Below are positions 15,496 through 25,068 of a DNA stretch of 43,220 bases, piece after piece. A program made the position numbers and the translations under genes. Numbering within the stretch: the first letter of the stretch is position 1; each line of letters begins with the position of its first letter. The stretch lies in IMG/VR virus record IMGVR_UViG_3300045988_055839; one strand, given 5' to 3'. The notes under the pieces are model-generated. The model was not told the DNA's origin. It did no database searches and was given only the letters and a program-made list of their open reading frames with translations. Source of the DNA: a virus.

Positions 15496-15872
15496 ACAGG
15501 ATTAACCCCCGTTGCTTGAAAACTTAACTCTGAGCATTTTTCCTCGCCATCTACAAGCGAATAAAAGGCTGTTTCGATGTTTGCAGTGTAAAAAGGTGAT
15601 GTTTCCCATTTGCCTGAATATACATTGAAATGGAAAAAATCATACTGTTTTTTTCCCTTGATTTCCTGCAGGATTTTAGCGGCATTTGCTGCAGAAATAT
15701 CGCTCCATTTGAGCTTGTACGCTTCAACCGTAAAGAGCGGTGTGTTCATCATAACGCCGCTCATAATACGCCCAGAGTCATCCGATGAAGTGGTCGCATA
15801 AGAAAGAGAATATCCATCTTCGTCCACTTCCGGAGCTTCAAAAGAGCCAAATTTCAAGTGTTTTTGTGACAT
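15492..15872 (-). CDS. Putative distal tail protein (Dit-like, 126 aa), called by position
   Basis: Lies between the tape measure and the Tal-type gene, translationally coupled to the latter (ATGA overlap). Short for a Dit, so the function is assigned by synteny only. Confidence 0.6.
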   Translation of the reverse strand: MSQKHLKFGSFEAPEVDEDGYSLSYATTSSDDSGRIMSGVMMNTPLFTVEAYKLKWSDISAANAAKILQEIKGKKQYDFFHFNVYSGKWETSPFYTANIETAFYSLVDGEEKCSELSFQATGVNPV

Positions 15873-15886
15873 GATAGCCCCTTTCC

Positions 15887-18800
15887 TTAAAATTCGAATT
15901 GGTTTTGACCAGTCTGCATCTGTCTCAACTTTCCTTCTGAAATCGTCTCGTCGAAAATAATCTTTCTATCAAGCTGAGCTACAAATCTATAAGTAGATGA
16001 CTTTCCGCCGGACTCTTCCCGGACAATCTTACGAATAAGGCCCTCCGGTGCTTCGATGTTGTTTCCGCTCCGCTGATCACCAAGGACAGCAAGGAATTCC
16101 TGGTTCGGCGGAATAACTGCGCCGGATGCCAGATGCGGAATTTTTCCAATTGTTGAAATATTTACCCCAGGAATTTTGTTTGCACCGCGAATCAACGTGT
16201 TGATTCCGTTAATCGCCTGGTTAATCATGCTGATAATTCCATTAATCGGAGCACGCAGGACGTCGCCAAGTCCGCTCATAATGCTAGAAAAAATATTTTT
16301 GACGCTCTGCCAAGCATTCCGCCAGTCACCAGTAAACGCGTATTTAATAAAATTCATAATCCCAATAAATACGTTTTTCATAGTTCCGAATATTGACTTA
16401 ATCAAATCGCAAAGAACCTGCGGAGCAATGCCAGCTACGCCAAAATATTTTACCCAGTCAACAGAGAATAATTTTTTCACCAGTGACATAAATGGAGTTA
16501 AAATATAGTCTCCAATCCATTCAATTACAGCGCCGCATGTATCCGCAAATCCCTGTGCTATTTGTCCTGCACCGGAAAAAGCTTTTTTCCAGTCGCCCGT
16601 AAACACACCAACAAGGAAATCGATCAAACCGCCGAGCATATCCAGAATTCCGTTCGCCATTTCTACCGCAGCGCCCAATAAATCAATAGCCGCGTCGCCT
16701 AGCCATTGTACTACAGGAGCCAATAACGGAATTACATTTTGAAGAATCCAATTAATAAGGGGAACAAGAACGTTATTCCAAATTTGCTGTAGCGCATCAA
16801 TGATTTTTGCGCACACATCAAGGAATTTATCGACAAAATCTGTAAGAGGTCCATTAATCAAATCTTCGAGCCGCGTTCCCCATTCATCGATGATAGGCAC
16901 TACATAACTATTGTAAAGATCAAGCAATGTTTCCAAAATAGACGCACAGCCTGATTCGATGTCATCAATAAATGGCTTAACGCTCTCATCATAAAATGCA
17001 ATGATTTTGTCGGATGTATCGTTTAAAAAGTCCTCGATAACCTGCGCGAGATGCTGAATAGGTGCGATTGTTTCGTTAATCGCTTCGACTAATTTATCTT
17101 TGTTATCGATCCATGGCTGCCAGGCAAGATACATTTTATCGCGCTCGTATCGTGCAAAAATTTCTACAGCCAAGCCGCCTAAAGATGCAAAAATTCCGAT
17201 AAGATTTCCTGTCAAATCCTGCGCTGTTTGTGTGCCAAACGTTTTTGCAAATACTTCGGCTATCGTTTTTGCGATAAGTCCGAATTCATCTGCAATTTCT
17301 GCTCCGACGTTGAAAACGTCAACCAAAAATTTCTTGATTCTATCTTTATTTCTGCTCAGATAGCTTTCAAAACCGCCTACAAGATTAACAGCCAGTGTAA
17401 GGCCTACGCTTGCTATTGATCCGGCCACGACCCCGAGATTATAGATTACAGATTCTGCAAAGCGTTTTGCGGCTCCTACTACTTCCGGGTCCGTGAAAAT
17501 CTCCGCAAGATTCTTTTTGATGGATGCAAAATCCTTTTTTAGCTCTGCAAGCTGCGGTTTGTAATCTCCAAGGCCATCCCAGAAGCCGGACATAAACAGG
17601 TCTTTAATTTTTTTCAGTAAATCAAAAACTTTCTGCAGATTATCCAGAAAAGCGTTAGGGATCTGCTCTTCCGTGAACATCGGCGCACTGCCTGTCCCTC
17701 CTCCACCGCCGCCAGCTCCCGGGGATTTTCCGCCCCCGCCGCTGCCGGAACCGCTGTCGCTTTTCGAATCCATCTTGTTCAGATCATCGAGAGGGGAAAG
17801 GTATTTTTCCGTTGCTTCTGCGGCCGCATCTGCCGCATCTGCCGCGTCGTTGGTTGCGTCAGCTACATCTTCCGCACTCGATGCCGTATCGCTTAGAGAT
17901 GCCGCGTAGTCCTTCTGGACGGCTAATGCTCGGGTGTATGTTTTTTTTCCGGAAAGCATCGAAAAAAACATACTCACGTATGTTGCCGCGGTGCTAAGCA
18001 TGTCGATGAATTTTGACAGAATCGGTGCAATCGCTGTAAGAATCGGCGCAAATGCTGTCGCAAGACTGTTTTTGAGCCGTTCCAAGCTGCCCCACAACAT
18101 AGAGATAGCCGAGTTGGTTGAGCCGGATTCCTGCGCCAAATTTGACATTCCAGCCACAACCGCGCTTCTCAGCTTATTGAAAAGAACGAATAATGAGCGG
18201 ATGCCGAGACCGTATTTTAACAACGTCATAATTCCGTTTTTGGCATTTCCCGCCGCGCTTCCGGTCTCTTTCAGCGAATTTGCGGCTTTCTTTCCGCTGT
18301 CAGCCACTTTTTTATTTGAATTTGCCAGCTTTTCTCCGTCGCCAGCGGCTTTTTTTGTTGCTGCGCTGCTTGCTGATTTCGAATAATTATCAATGCTGTC
18401 TTTTACGCCGTCATATGACGTTTTCAGCCGGTCATTGATATTTGCCAGCTTTTCTTCTTCCTGCGCCAGTTTTTCCGTCGACGCTGCTGCTTCTTTTGTA
18501 GGTTCGGTATTAATCGTTGCAGTACCGGCTTCTTCCATCTCACGCATTTTGTTTGCGACCGAATCGTATTTGTCACGTAAAAAGTCAAGGTCAACCGCAA
18601 GCTCTCCCATTTCTGCCGTCTTACTTCCGTCATCATTCGACGACCAAAGTTCATCCCATTTTTCTTTGGTAATCGAAATTTTCTCATCCAATTTCGCAAG
18701 TTCTGACTCAAGCTGTGCGTACTGCTGGGTTGGAGTTTCTGATCCTAGTGCGGACGTGAACGCTCTTCCTGTTTCTTCAAGATCCTGCAACTCACCTTTT

Positions 18801-19228
18801 GCATATTCAATTGTTTTTGCGAGCTGGTCAATATCATACTGATAGCTCTTATACTTTTTGCTGTCTTCACTTCCGCCCAGCGCCACAAATTTTTCCTGCG
18901 CATAGATTAGTTTGTCCATCTGCGTCTTAGCAGACTCTATCTGTGCCTGAATCTCTTTGTATTCGTCGGTCGGTATCTGCTGTTTTCCGAGTTCAGCAAC
19001 CTTTTCTTTGAGCTGTTCGACTCTTTTTTCCTGCTCTCTGTACTGATCGTTCAGCTTCGAGAACGCGTTCGCCTGTTTGTTGAGTGATGCTTTGGCCTTG
19101 TCTCCAAGACCATTAATAGACGAGATACACTGCCGCACATTCGCTTCCAGCTCCTTACTGCCAGCTTTTGCGCCGTTGGTGTCAATCTCCGTATCAATGA
19201 TGATATAGCCGTCAGCCTGTCCCGCCAT
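15887..19228 (-). CDS. Tape measure protein (1113 aa)
   Basis: Largest ORF. Coiled-coil N-terminal third, Gly-rich linker (GSGSGGGGKSPGAGGGGGGTGS), long hydrophobic repeat region. Canonical position after the chaperone genes. Confidence 0.92.
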   Translation of the reverse strand: MAGQADGYIIIDTEIDTNGAKAGSKELEANVRQCISSINGLGDKAKASLNKQANAFSKLNDQYREQEKRVEQLKEKVAELGKQQIPTDEYKEIQAQIESAKTQMDKLIYAQEKFVALGGSEDSKKYKSYQYDIDQLAKTIEYAKGELQDLEETGRAFTSALGSETPTQQYAQLESELAKLDEKISITKEKWDELWSSNDDGSKTAEMGELAVDLDFLRDKYDSVANKMREMEEAGTATINTEPTKEAAASTEKLAQEEEKLANINDRLKTSYDGVKDSIDNYSKSASSAATKKAAGDGEKLANSNKKVADSGKKAANSLKETGSAAGNAKNGIMTLLKYGLGIRSLFVLFNKLRSAVVAGMSNLAQESGSTNSAISMLWGSLERLKNSLATAFAPILTAIAPILSKFIDMLSTAATYVSMFFSMLSGKKTYTRALAVQKDYAASLSDTASSAEDVADATNDAADAADAAAEATEKYLSPLDDLNKMDSKSDSGSGSGGGGKSPGAGGGGGGTGSAPMFTEEQIPNAFLDNLQKVFDLLKKIKDLFMSGFWDGLGDYKPQLAELKKDFASIKKNLAEIFTDPEVVGAAKRFAESVIYNLGVVAGSIASVGLTLAVNLVGGFESYLSRNKDRIKKFLVDVFNVGAEIADEFGLIAKTIAEVFAKTFGTQTAQDLTGNLIGIFASLGGLAVEIFARYERDKMYLAWQPWIDNKDKLVEAINETIAPIQHLAQVIEDFLNDTSDKIIAFYDESVKPFIDDIESGCASILETLLDLYNSYVVPIIDEWGTRLEDLINGPLTDFVDKFLDVCAKIIDALQQIWNNVLVPLINWILQNVIPLLAPVVQWLGDAAIDLLGAAVEMANGILDMLGGLIDFLVGVFTGDWKKAFSGAGQIAQGFADTCGAVIEWIGDYILTPFMSLVKKLFSVDWVKYFGVAGIAPQVLCDLIKSIFGTMKNVFIGIMNFIKYAFTGDWRNAWQSVKNIFSSIMSGLGDVLRAPINGIISMINQAINGINTLIRGANKIPGVNISTIGKIPHLASGAVIPPNQEFLAVLGDQRSGNNIEAPEGLIRKIVREESGGKSSTYRFVAQLDRKIIFDETISEGKLRQMQTGQNQFEF

Positions 19229-19236
19229 GCGTTTTT

Positions 19237-19265
19237 CCTTCCTACCGTGTAACTTTTAACGGTTT
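19237..19265 (-). promoter_or_regulatory. Conserved 5'-UTR hairpin plus RBS motif, copy upstream of the tape measure gene
   Basis: Minus strand: ACCGTtaaaagttacACGGTAGGAAGGAAAAACGC-ATG. Related copies lie at 20895-20923 and 24188-24216. Confidence 0.55.
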
Positions 19266-19292
19266 GTGCCGGTGCTTCGTATGCTCCGGCAG

Positions 19293-19892
19293 TTATTTTG
19301 ATATTCCGAAAAGCTCTCTAAGAGCTGCTTTTTCTTCTTCGCTTCTCTGACCGCTTGCCGATTTCAGATCGATGATAGCCTTGTTATCTCTGTAATATTC
19401 CTGTTCCCACTTGTCCAGTTTCTTTCCTTTGGCTTTTTTATCTCGGATACTTACCACGGTCGCAAACGTGCCTTCCCCGATCTCCATGTAGAATGCAAAA
19501 AAAGTCCACCAGTGCAGATACTTCTGACCGCGCACATCTTTTCCGGCAACCTTATTGATAGACGGTATAATAATGGTTGCATCCTGTATCCAGTCCATCA
19601 ATTTCGGTCTTTTCCGCTTTGTATCCTCAGAAAATCCGCAGTCAATAAATTCACATGCTTTTTCCGCAGCTTCTTCCCATTCGGCGGGTTTCATATCGTC
19701 AAAATCAATATAGAGGATGGCTAACATGCTTATGACCTGTTCCGCCTTTTTTTCGTCCTCGGTCATATCTGGATCGAAAATTTCGGGATCGTTCATGCAT
19801 TGCAAAATATCCAATACCACTCGGTAATCTGAGCGTATTGGATATTCTTTGCCTGCAACGTTGAGCGATGTCGGAAGGCTCCACGCGTCCAT
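19293..19892 (-). CDS. Tail assembly protein (Gp15-like, 199 aa)
   Basis: Positioned immediately upstream of the tape measure gene. Its start overlaps the stop of the previous chaperone (TAATG). The sequence resembles the 'bacteriophage Gp15' family as I recall it (unverified). Confidence 0.7.
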   Translation of the reverse strand: MDAWSLPTSLNVAGKEYPIRSDYRVVLDILQCMNDPEIFDPDMTEDEKKAEQVISMLAILYIDFDDMKPAEWEEAAEKACEFIDCGFSEDTKRKRPKLMDWIQDATIIIPSINKVAGKDVRGQKYLHWWTFFAFYMEIGEGTFATVVSIRDKKAKGKKLDKWEQEYYRDNKAIIDLKSASGQRSEEEKAALRELFGISK

Positions 19893-20323
19893 TATTTACG
19901 ATATTTAGCAACGTATTTATTCATACGTGTTCGAACTTTTTTCGCTCGGTGTTCGGTCTCTGTCTCGATCACGCGGCCGATAGCGTCAACAACTTCTTCG
20001 AAAAACAGCTTTCCAGAAGCAAGTGGAGAGAACGGGCCTAAGATGCTGAAAAATGATTCTTTCGAATCCGATCCGATCAGATAGGAAAGCTCATCAGCAA
20101 CCATGTTTTCAACCTTTTTGATGTCCGCCGGTTCGTTTTCAGGCGCTGAAAAGCTGTTCAGATGCTCTACAACCTCATCATATCGTGAGATAAGATTGGT
20201 GTCGGACGGTCGAAAATCAAATTTCCCGTATACATGGCCCTGCTTATTTTTGATATAATAAGTTTTTAAGCCATCGTCAATAATGATATCGTTACTCTGC
20301 AGTTTTACGAGTTTGTTGCTCAT
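19892..20323 (-). CDS. Tail assembly chaperone (143 aa), called by position
   Basis: Lies between the major tail protein and the Gp15-like gene. Acidic protein of typical chaperone size. Confidence 0.65.
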   Translation of the reverse strand: MSNKLVKLQSNDIIIDDGLKTYYIKNKQGHVYGKFDFRPSDTNLISRYDEVVEHLNSFSAPENEPADIKKVENMVADELSYLIGSDSKESFFSILGPFSPLASGKLFFEEVVDAIGRVIETETEHRAKKVRTRMNKYVAKYRK

Positions 20324-20353
20324 TGGAAAGCTCCTTTCTATTCGTGTGTGATC

Positions 20354-20887
20354 TTACGCCAGGGATGTGCTTTTATCGGAAGCTGGCGCTGCGCCCTCAT
20401 TAAATTCCGGAGTTCCGGTTTTAAGAGAAGCTGCGCTTACGTATCCTTTTGTGAATTTGCCATCCTCAGAAACAGCGAACGGGATATTGAGACCTGCAGT
20501 ATCGCCGCCGTAAGACTGCGGTTTTACGATGACCTCACGCACGTACGCAAGATGATTGGTCGCCGCTGTGTCCTCCACGATGACCTCCAGCATAAGGGTT
20601 TTACAGGCATCGCCTTTTTTACGTTCAAGGGCGATATCTCGCAGTACCGGATACAGTTTGTTATCCGGGTCAGCATAGAACGGATCAGCGTCCATAGACG
20701 GCTCATATCCGTTGTCTCTCGTTTTGGTCTGGCCGAGAATATTTTTGGTTGTTTCGGTGTCCGGGTTAAGCTCTACGGACATATCCTCGATGTCATCACC
20801 TACCAGCACCCAGCTTGCGGATGCCACGACTCTCTTGAATGTCGAATCAAGGTAAGTGGCCATTGCTTCACGCTCAAGTTTTGACAT
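20354..20887 (-). CDS. Major tail protein (177 aa)
   Basis: Position and size fit. Preceded by the conserved hairpin/RBS motif that it shares with the capsid and tape measure genes. No sheath gene is present, which implies siphovirus morphology. Confidence 0.75.
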   Translation of the reverse strand: MSKLEREAMATYLDSTFKRVVASASWVLVGDDIEDMSVELNPDTETTKNILGQTKTRDNGYEPSMDADPFYADPDNKLYPVLRDIALERKKGDACKTLMLEVIVEDTAATNHLAYVREVIVKPQSYGGDTAGLNIPFAVSEDGKFTKGYVSAASLKTGTPEFNEGAAPASDKSTSLA

Positions 20888-20894
20888 GTTTTTT

Positions 20895-20923
20895 CCTTTC
20901 TACCGCGTAACTTTTCGCGGTCA
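20895..20923 (-). promoter_or_regulatory. Conserved 5'-UTR hairpin plus RBS motif, copy upstream of the major tail gene
   Basis: Minus strand: ACCGCGaaaagttaCGCGGTAGAAAGGAAAAAAC-ATG. Confidence 0.55.
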
Positions 20924-20950
20924 GCGGCTGCCGAATCGGTGCCGGTATGA

Positions 20951-21460
20951 TTATTTTTTGAATTTCTTTCGATATTTTAATGACATGCTGATAACCCAAT
21001 CCTCCACTTTGTTTTCTGCCACCGTATCAAGATAAGATGGCGTAAGGCGGGCTATAGATTCAATAACTCTTCCTTCTGTAAGTGTCGGGTAAGATTCCAG
21101 ATGATATTCTTTCCCATCCACCTGCACAGGCTGTTTTTCCAGCCATTTTCCGAGAGTGTCAAGAAATTCTTTGATTTCTGTCTTAATTCCCGGCGTTGTA
21201 GGTGCTGAGCGATACACGATGTAAAACGGATAGTTGCAAAGCTGATCCACAATTCCTGTGATGTATTTCTTTTCAGAAGCAACCACAGCTCCACTCACTG
21301 GATAGAATGCAATCCCTTCATCCTCTTTGAGCGAAGAAAACTTGATCTTTTCGGTCGGCTGAAGTCCGGGGAAAGTGTTCAGAACTGTTTCCAGCGCTTT
21401 CGTTACGATGTCGTATCCGTCCACATCGTATGTAACAGTTTTTTTAACCTCCTCCGGCAC
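20951..21460 (-). CDS. Neck / tail-completion protein (169 aa), called by position
   Basis: Third of three consecutive overlapping small structural ORFs between the connector and the major tail protein. Confidence 0.65.
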   Translation of the reverse strand: MPEEVKKTVTYDVDGYDIVTKALETVLNTFPGLQPTEKIKFSSLKEDEGIAFYPVSGAVVASEKKYITGIVDQLCNYPFYIVYRSAPTTPGIKTEIKEFLDTLGKWLEKQPVQVDGKEYHLESYPTLTEGRVIESIARLTPSYLDTVAENKVEDWVISMSLKYRKKFKK

Positions 21461-21896
21461 GTTTCTTCACTCCCTTCACCCATTCTTTGCCGTGTGCCGC
21501 TTTTGCGGCATCAAACCAGTGATCCGTAGCAGACGGATGCGCGGTTCTATCGAATTTCAGTGGTGTATCAGTAACAACTTTTTTTGCGCCAGGTCTCGCC
21601 CACGCTGAACGCGTCTCCGGATCAACCATAAGTTTTCCCTCGTACAGGAACCGTCCATACGGTGGAGCGCCTGCGCACACCTTTCCAGTGCCCTGCATGG
21701 ATGCACTGCGCACTCTGGTTGCATCCACCATGATTCCGTCACGAAAAGGCATGTACGGGATCATATCATTCATAACCTGTCCATCAAGCCAGAACTGCGC
21801 TTCCTGGAACTGCTTGTCAAACCTCGTAAGGTCTACCTGTACCTTAACATGTCCATTCACGACCGAAAAACTGGGGAAATGTTTCGTATTGCTCAT
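21444..21896 (-). CDS. Neck / head-closure ('minor capsid') protein (150 aa)
   Basis: Overlaps both neighbours. The sequence type (FDKQFQEAQFWLDGQVMNDMIPYMPFRDG...PPYGRFLYEG) is typical of siphovirus 'minor capsid'/HK97 gp10-like neck proteins. Confidence 0.7.
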   Translation of the reverse strand: MSNTKHFPSFSVVNGHVKVQVDLTRFDKQFQEAQFWLDGQVMNDMIPYMPFRDGIMVDATRVRSASMQGTGKVCAGAPPYGRFLYEGKLMVDPETRSAWARPGAKKVVTDTPLKFDRTAHPSATDHWFDAAKAAHGKEWVKGVKKRAGGG

Positions 21897-22447
21897 TATT
21901 TTCCCCCTATTTCAAAATGAGGAATAAGCCTGTACGGACCGCCTACATTGCTGATGGAAAACACATTATCGTATTTTTTATTCATGTAGTCATAGAATCC
22001 GCGGTCTACTCTGCTTGTGTATTCCGCGTCTTTCACCACGCCGTACATCTGTCGTTCAACGATTGTTGTAATCGGCATTTTTTTGTGATCCTGCACGTAC
22101 GCTCCGTTATGGTCGATAAGATATGCTTGTTCTTTCTTCACGCAATAATCGCCCAAAACAAAGAAATCCTCGCTGGCGAAAGTGATCGTTCCCGGAAGCT
22201 CTTCATTTGTCTGAGCTTTCCAGGCTTTCGGCGATAACCATTTCTTTCCCTGCACCACAATCGTGCCGTTATCTGGCGTGTACGCCACATGCAGGCTGGC
22301 CGTATCGGCGCTGTCAATACCGGTCCTGACAATATTTGCGACCTTATCTGTGATAAGATCCACATGCTGCAGCACGGTCGGATACCAGAATACATTCCCG
22401 GTTTGATCTTCGTACCGATTGAAAAGAGTTATGGTTTCATCATACAT
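21896..22447 (-). CDS. Neck / 'minor capsid' protein (183 aa)
   Basis: Assigned by synteny within the head-tail joining block. Its stop overlaps the next start. Confidence 0.65.
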   Translation of the reverse strand: MYDETITLFNRYEDQTGNVFWYPTVLQHVDLITDKVANIVRTGIDSADTASLHVAYTPDNGTIVVQGKKWLSPKAWKAQTNEELPGTITFASEDFFVLGDYCVKKEQAYLIDHNGAYVQDHKKMPITTIVERQMYGVVKDAEYTSRVDRGFYDYMNKKYDNVFSISNVGGPYRLIPHFEIGGK

Positions 22448-22455
22448 GGTTTCAC

Positions 22456-22653
22456 CTACTTCTTATTCTTTACAAGCGCCGTCTCATATTGACCGCTAAA
22501 ACGTGATTTTCCATTTGAGTACCACGTATAGCCTTTGGGATTCGTAAGAGCATTTTCTACGGGTTTCCAGCCTTTAGGGGGGGTATTGAAACGTTTTACC
22601 ACCTTACCGTTTACAGTTTTCATCATTCCACTGTTGCTACCTCTTCCGCCCAT
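22456..22653 (-). CDS. Small hypothetical structural-module protein (65 aa)
   Basis: Track ORF, tightly packed between the connector and neck genes. Basic and Gly-rich. Confidence 0.5.
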   Translation of the reverse strand: MGGRGSNSGMMKTVNGKVVKRFNTPPKGWKPVENALTNPKGYTWYSNGKSRFSGQYETALVKNKK

Positions 22654-22654
22654 C

Positions 22655-23137
22655 TCACAACCTCACTCCTGCATACAGGACCGGAACGCCGTCATCCGTC
22701 ATAACGCCCTGTAGATTTTCGAGAATAATCTGTGTCACGAGCACGTTTTCTACCTTTTTGTCCATCGCCGCTTGTCCGTAGACGCTGGAATTTGTACCGC
22801 TGGTTCCGGTCACGTAGGAGATGCTTTCACTGCCGGAAGAAATCGAAGAAACGGCCTTATTGATGACCGTTCCATCTTCTCTTTTTACGGTTCCTACTGT
22901 TTCCATCGCGGCATTTTTTACGGTGTCGATCTGAAAAAGCGCATCCGCCAGTGTACAGACCGCTTTCTTGATCTTTTTCTGTGCCCGTTCGTTTTCCGGC
23001 AGCCCGTCTGCAAGCCGGTCGAATGTCAAAACATCAATTCGATCACTTGCCCGCTCGGCGTACCGCGGAAAGTCGGATTCTGGCACGGTATCGCCGAAAT
23101 ATGAAGTTGTGTAAAATTCATAATCTGCATAAGCCAT
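22655..23137 (-). CDS. Head-tail connector (gp6-like, 160 aa)
   Basis: ATG 23137 with GGAGG 8 nt upstream (the track start 23155 is a TTG). MAYADYEFYTTSYFGDTVPESDFPRYAERASDRID is a typical 'phage gp6-like head-tail connector' N-terminus. Confidence 0.75.
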   Translation of the reverse strand: MAYADYEFYTTSYFGDTVPESDFPRYAERASDRIDVLTFDRLADGLPENERAQKKIKKAVCTLADALFQIDTVKNAAMETVGTVKREDGTVINKAVSSISSGSESISYVTGTSGTNSSVYGQAAMDKKVENVLVTQIILENLQGVMTDDGVPVLYAGVRL

Positions 23138-23151
23138 GCCAGATACCTCCG

Positions 23152-24180
23152 TCAACCGTTGGACTTAATCAGTCCCATACGGATGTTTTTGTGATTGAAT
23201 GCAAGTGACCAGTTCGCTTTTGCTCCGAGTTCCGCATTGGTCGGGGATTCTTTTGTGATTCTGTTTGCATTGATTGAGAATCCGTTCGGATGCAGCACGT
23301 AGCCCTGTTTTGTGTACAACTTACGAATACCGGCTTTGGTTTCCGGATCGTAGTCTGCATAGTACGGGTCCTCGTAGTTGGTTTTATCGCAGGTGAGCAC
23401 CGTTCCAGATCCGATCATATAGCTCTTATAGATCGGAACGTCTGTAGATGTGTCTACCGTGAAACGATCAGATACAACTGGAATGAATCCGCCGATCGTC
23501 GGAAGCTCAACATCTCGCTCGATAGCATTGGTGATCGTGTACTTGTTGTAATCAACCAGCCCCATAGCCTTGTAACGAGCGTAGATGTAAGAGTTAAGGA
23601 CCAGCAGACCCATGTTCTCGTCTGCGTCTCCAACTGCTTTCTGCTGCGCGAAAATCAGTGTTGTATCATTGATTTTGTTTGCATCGGTTACGGTTGTAAC
23701 CCCAGAAGATGCCGTCGCCGAAAGATCCGTAACATGATCTTTCATACCGTCCAGTGAAAGAACTGCATCAACAATAGCCATGAGATCACGGGTTCTTACC
23801 TGCCGATAGAATCCAGCAACTGAATTCGCAACGTGCGTCATCGGGTCAGCGCCGGTCAGCTCTTTTGTGAAATCCTGGGATTTCCATGCTTTCATACGCT
23901 GGGTCAGCATACAAGTCTGTTTCTTTCCACTGATCTCTGTCGGGGTGTTGTCGGTTTCACCATCATTGTTGAGCGCGTGAGATTCATCCTCATCAATCGG
24001 AACATAGAACGGAAGTGTTGCAACGTTTCCTTTTGTTCCGATCAGATCCATGATCGTCTGATCCTGTACAAGGATTCCAGACGCTAAGATTCGGTCATTC
24101 CAGGTCGGCTGCTCGCTCATGTAGTCGGAGAACACCTCCGGATCAAATGAAAAGCCGCCAAAAGTACCAGTTCTTGGCAT
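23152..24180 (-). CDS. Major capsid protein (342 aa)
   Basis: Follows the scaffold gene; size and position are canonical. Preceded by the conserved hairpin/RBS motif. Confidence 0.85.
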   Translation of the reverse strand: MPRTGTFGGFSFDPEVFSDYMSEQPTWNDRILASGILVQDQTIMDLIGTKGNVATLPFYVPIDEDESHALNNDGETDNTPTEISGKKQTCMLTQRMKAWKSQDFTKELTGADPMTHVANSVAGFYRQVRTRDLMAIVDAVLSLDGMKDHVTDLSATASSGVTTVTDANKINDTTLIFAQQKAVGDADENMGLLVLNSYIYARYKAMGLVDYNKYTITNAIERDVELPTIGGFIPVVSDRFTVDTSTDVPIYKSYMIGSGTVLTCDKTNYEDPYYADYDPETKAGIRKLYTKQGYVLHPNGFSINANRITKESPTNAELGAKANWSLAFNHKNIRMGLIKSNG

Positions 24181-24187
24181 TGTGTTT

Positions 24188-24216
24188 CCTTTCTACCGCG
24201 TAACTTTTTGCGGTCA
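24188..24216 (-). promoter_or_regulatory. Conserved 5'-UTR hairpin plus RBS motif, copy upstream of the major capsid gene
   Basis: Minus strand: ACCGCaaaaagttacGCGGTAGAAAGGAAACACA-ATG. Confidence 0.55.
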
Positions 24217-24239
24217 AGCGTTATCGCGTGATAACGGTG

Positions 24240-24902
24240 TTATTTCGAGAGTGCTTCGTACAGCTCGGGATCTTCTTCTCTTAATTTGAGTCTTTCATCA
24301 AGATTCATTTTGCGGAAAGTTTCTTTCGTAATCTCGCCGCCATTGCCGCCGGTTGTAGGCTGTGTGAACTTGGCTGCATTGCTCTTTGCCTTTTTGGTTC
24401 CGGCATCCGCGAAAATCCCTGCTTTCTGTTTTCCGTCCTTGTCGGTAATCATCTCTGTGAAGATATCCGAAATAGACTTTCCTTTTGCAGAATCAGCATC
24501 CAGCGCTTTTGTAAGCTCTGCGCGGTAGTAGTCGGCAGTAATATCGTTCAAAAACTCGTATTTCTTCGCTCCCTTTTCGTTTGTAGCCGTCAAGAAATCA
24601 TTTACCTGTTTTTCGACTTCTGCCTTTCTGGCATCTGCTGCCCGTCCAGCTTTCTCTTCGTTGAGCTGTGTGGTGAGGGTTGTAACTTTCGTCTGTAATT
24701 CTTCGACGTTCACATCTTTGAATCCCTCCAGCTCTTTCTGCACATCGTCCAGCGAGTTCTTGTACTCATCACGCTTTGTAACTACCTTGTCATAATCTGA
24801 TTTGGTCCGATAGTTTTCTTCCATCTTCTTTTTCAGATCTGCTTTTTTGTCTTCCGGAATCTCGATTTCGAGTTCTGAAAGAATTGCTTCGTAATTCTGC
24901 AT
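24240..24902 (-). CDS. Scaffolding protein (220 aa)
   Basis: Highly charged coiled-coil protein immediately upstream of the capsid gene. Resembles the DUF4355-type scaffold. Confidence 0.8.
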   Translation of the reverse strand: MQNYEAILSELEIEIPEDKKADLKKKMEENYRTKSDYDKVVTKRDEYKNSLDDVQKELEGFKDVNVEELQTKVTTLTTQLNEEKAGRAADARKAEVEKQVNDFLTATNEKGAKKYEFLNDITADYYRAELTKALDADSAKGKSISDIFTEMITDKDGKQKAGIFADAGTKKAKSNAAKFTQPTTGGNGGEITKETFRKMNLDERLKLREEDPELYEALSK

Positions 24903-24977
24903 TTTCTATCCTCCTAAACGTTGTTTTTAACTGCCCGTCGGCAGTAATGGATTTAGGCAGATCAACCTCTGCCGGGG

Positions 24978-25068
24978 TAATGGGAAAATAGGATTCGAAC
25001 CTATCAAGCAGTCCAAAGATCCAGCATCTTATGGCAGAATCAAGGGGGATGATGCCAGTTTTCCATTA
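24978..25068 (-). ncRNA. tRNA-like element (non-canonical cloverleaf with a perfect T-arm)
   Basis: Minus strand: TAATGGAAAA closes with TTTTCCCATTA. T-arm ATAGG-TTCGAAT-CCTAT. Two further hairpins: GGCATCA..TGAT..TGCC and AAGAT-GCTGG-ATCTT. The D-arm and anticodon loop do not fit a standard tRNA. Confidence 0.4.

Noticed and set aside
19892-20323. Programmed -1 frameshift joining the two tail-chaperone ORFs (G/GT-like)
   Set aside because: The second ORF has its own ATG overlapping the first stop (TAATG). I did not find a slippery heptamer with an extended overlapping frame, so the two look like independent genes.
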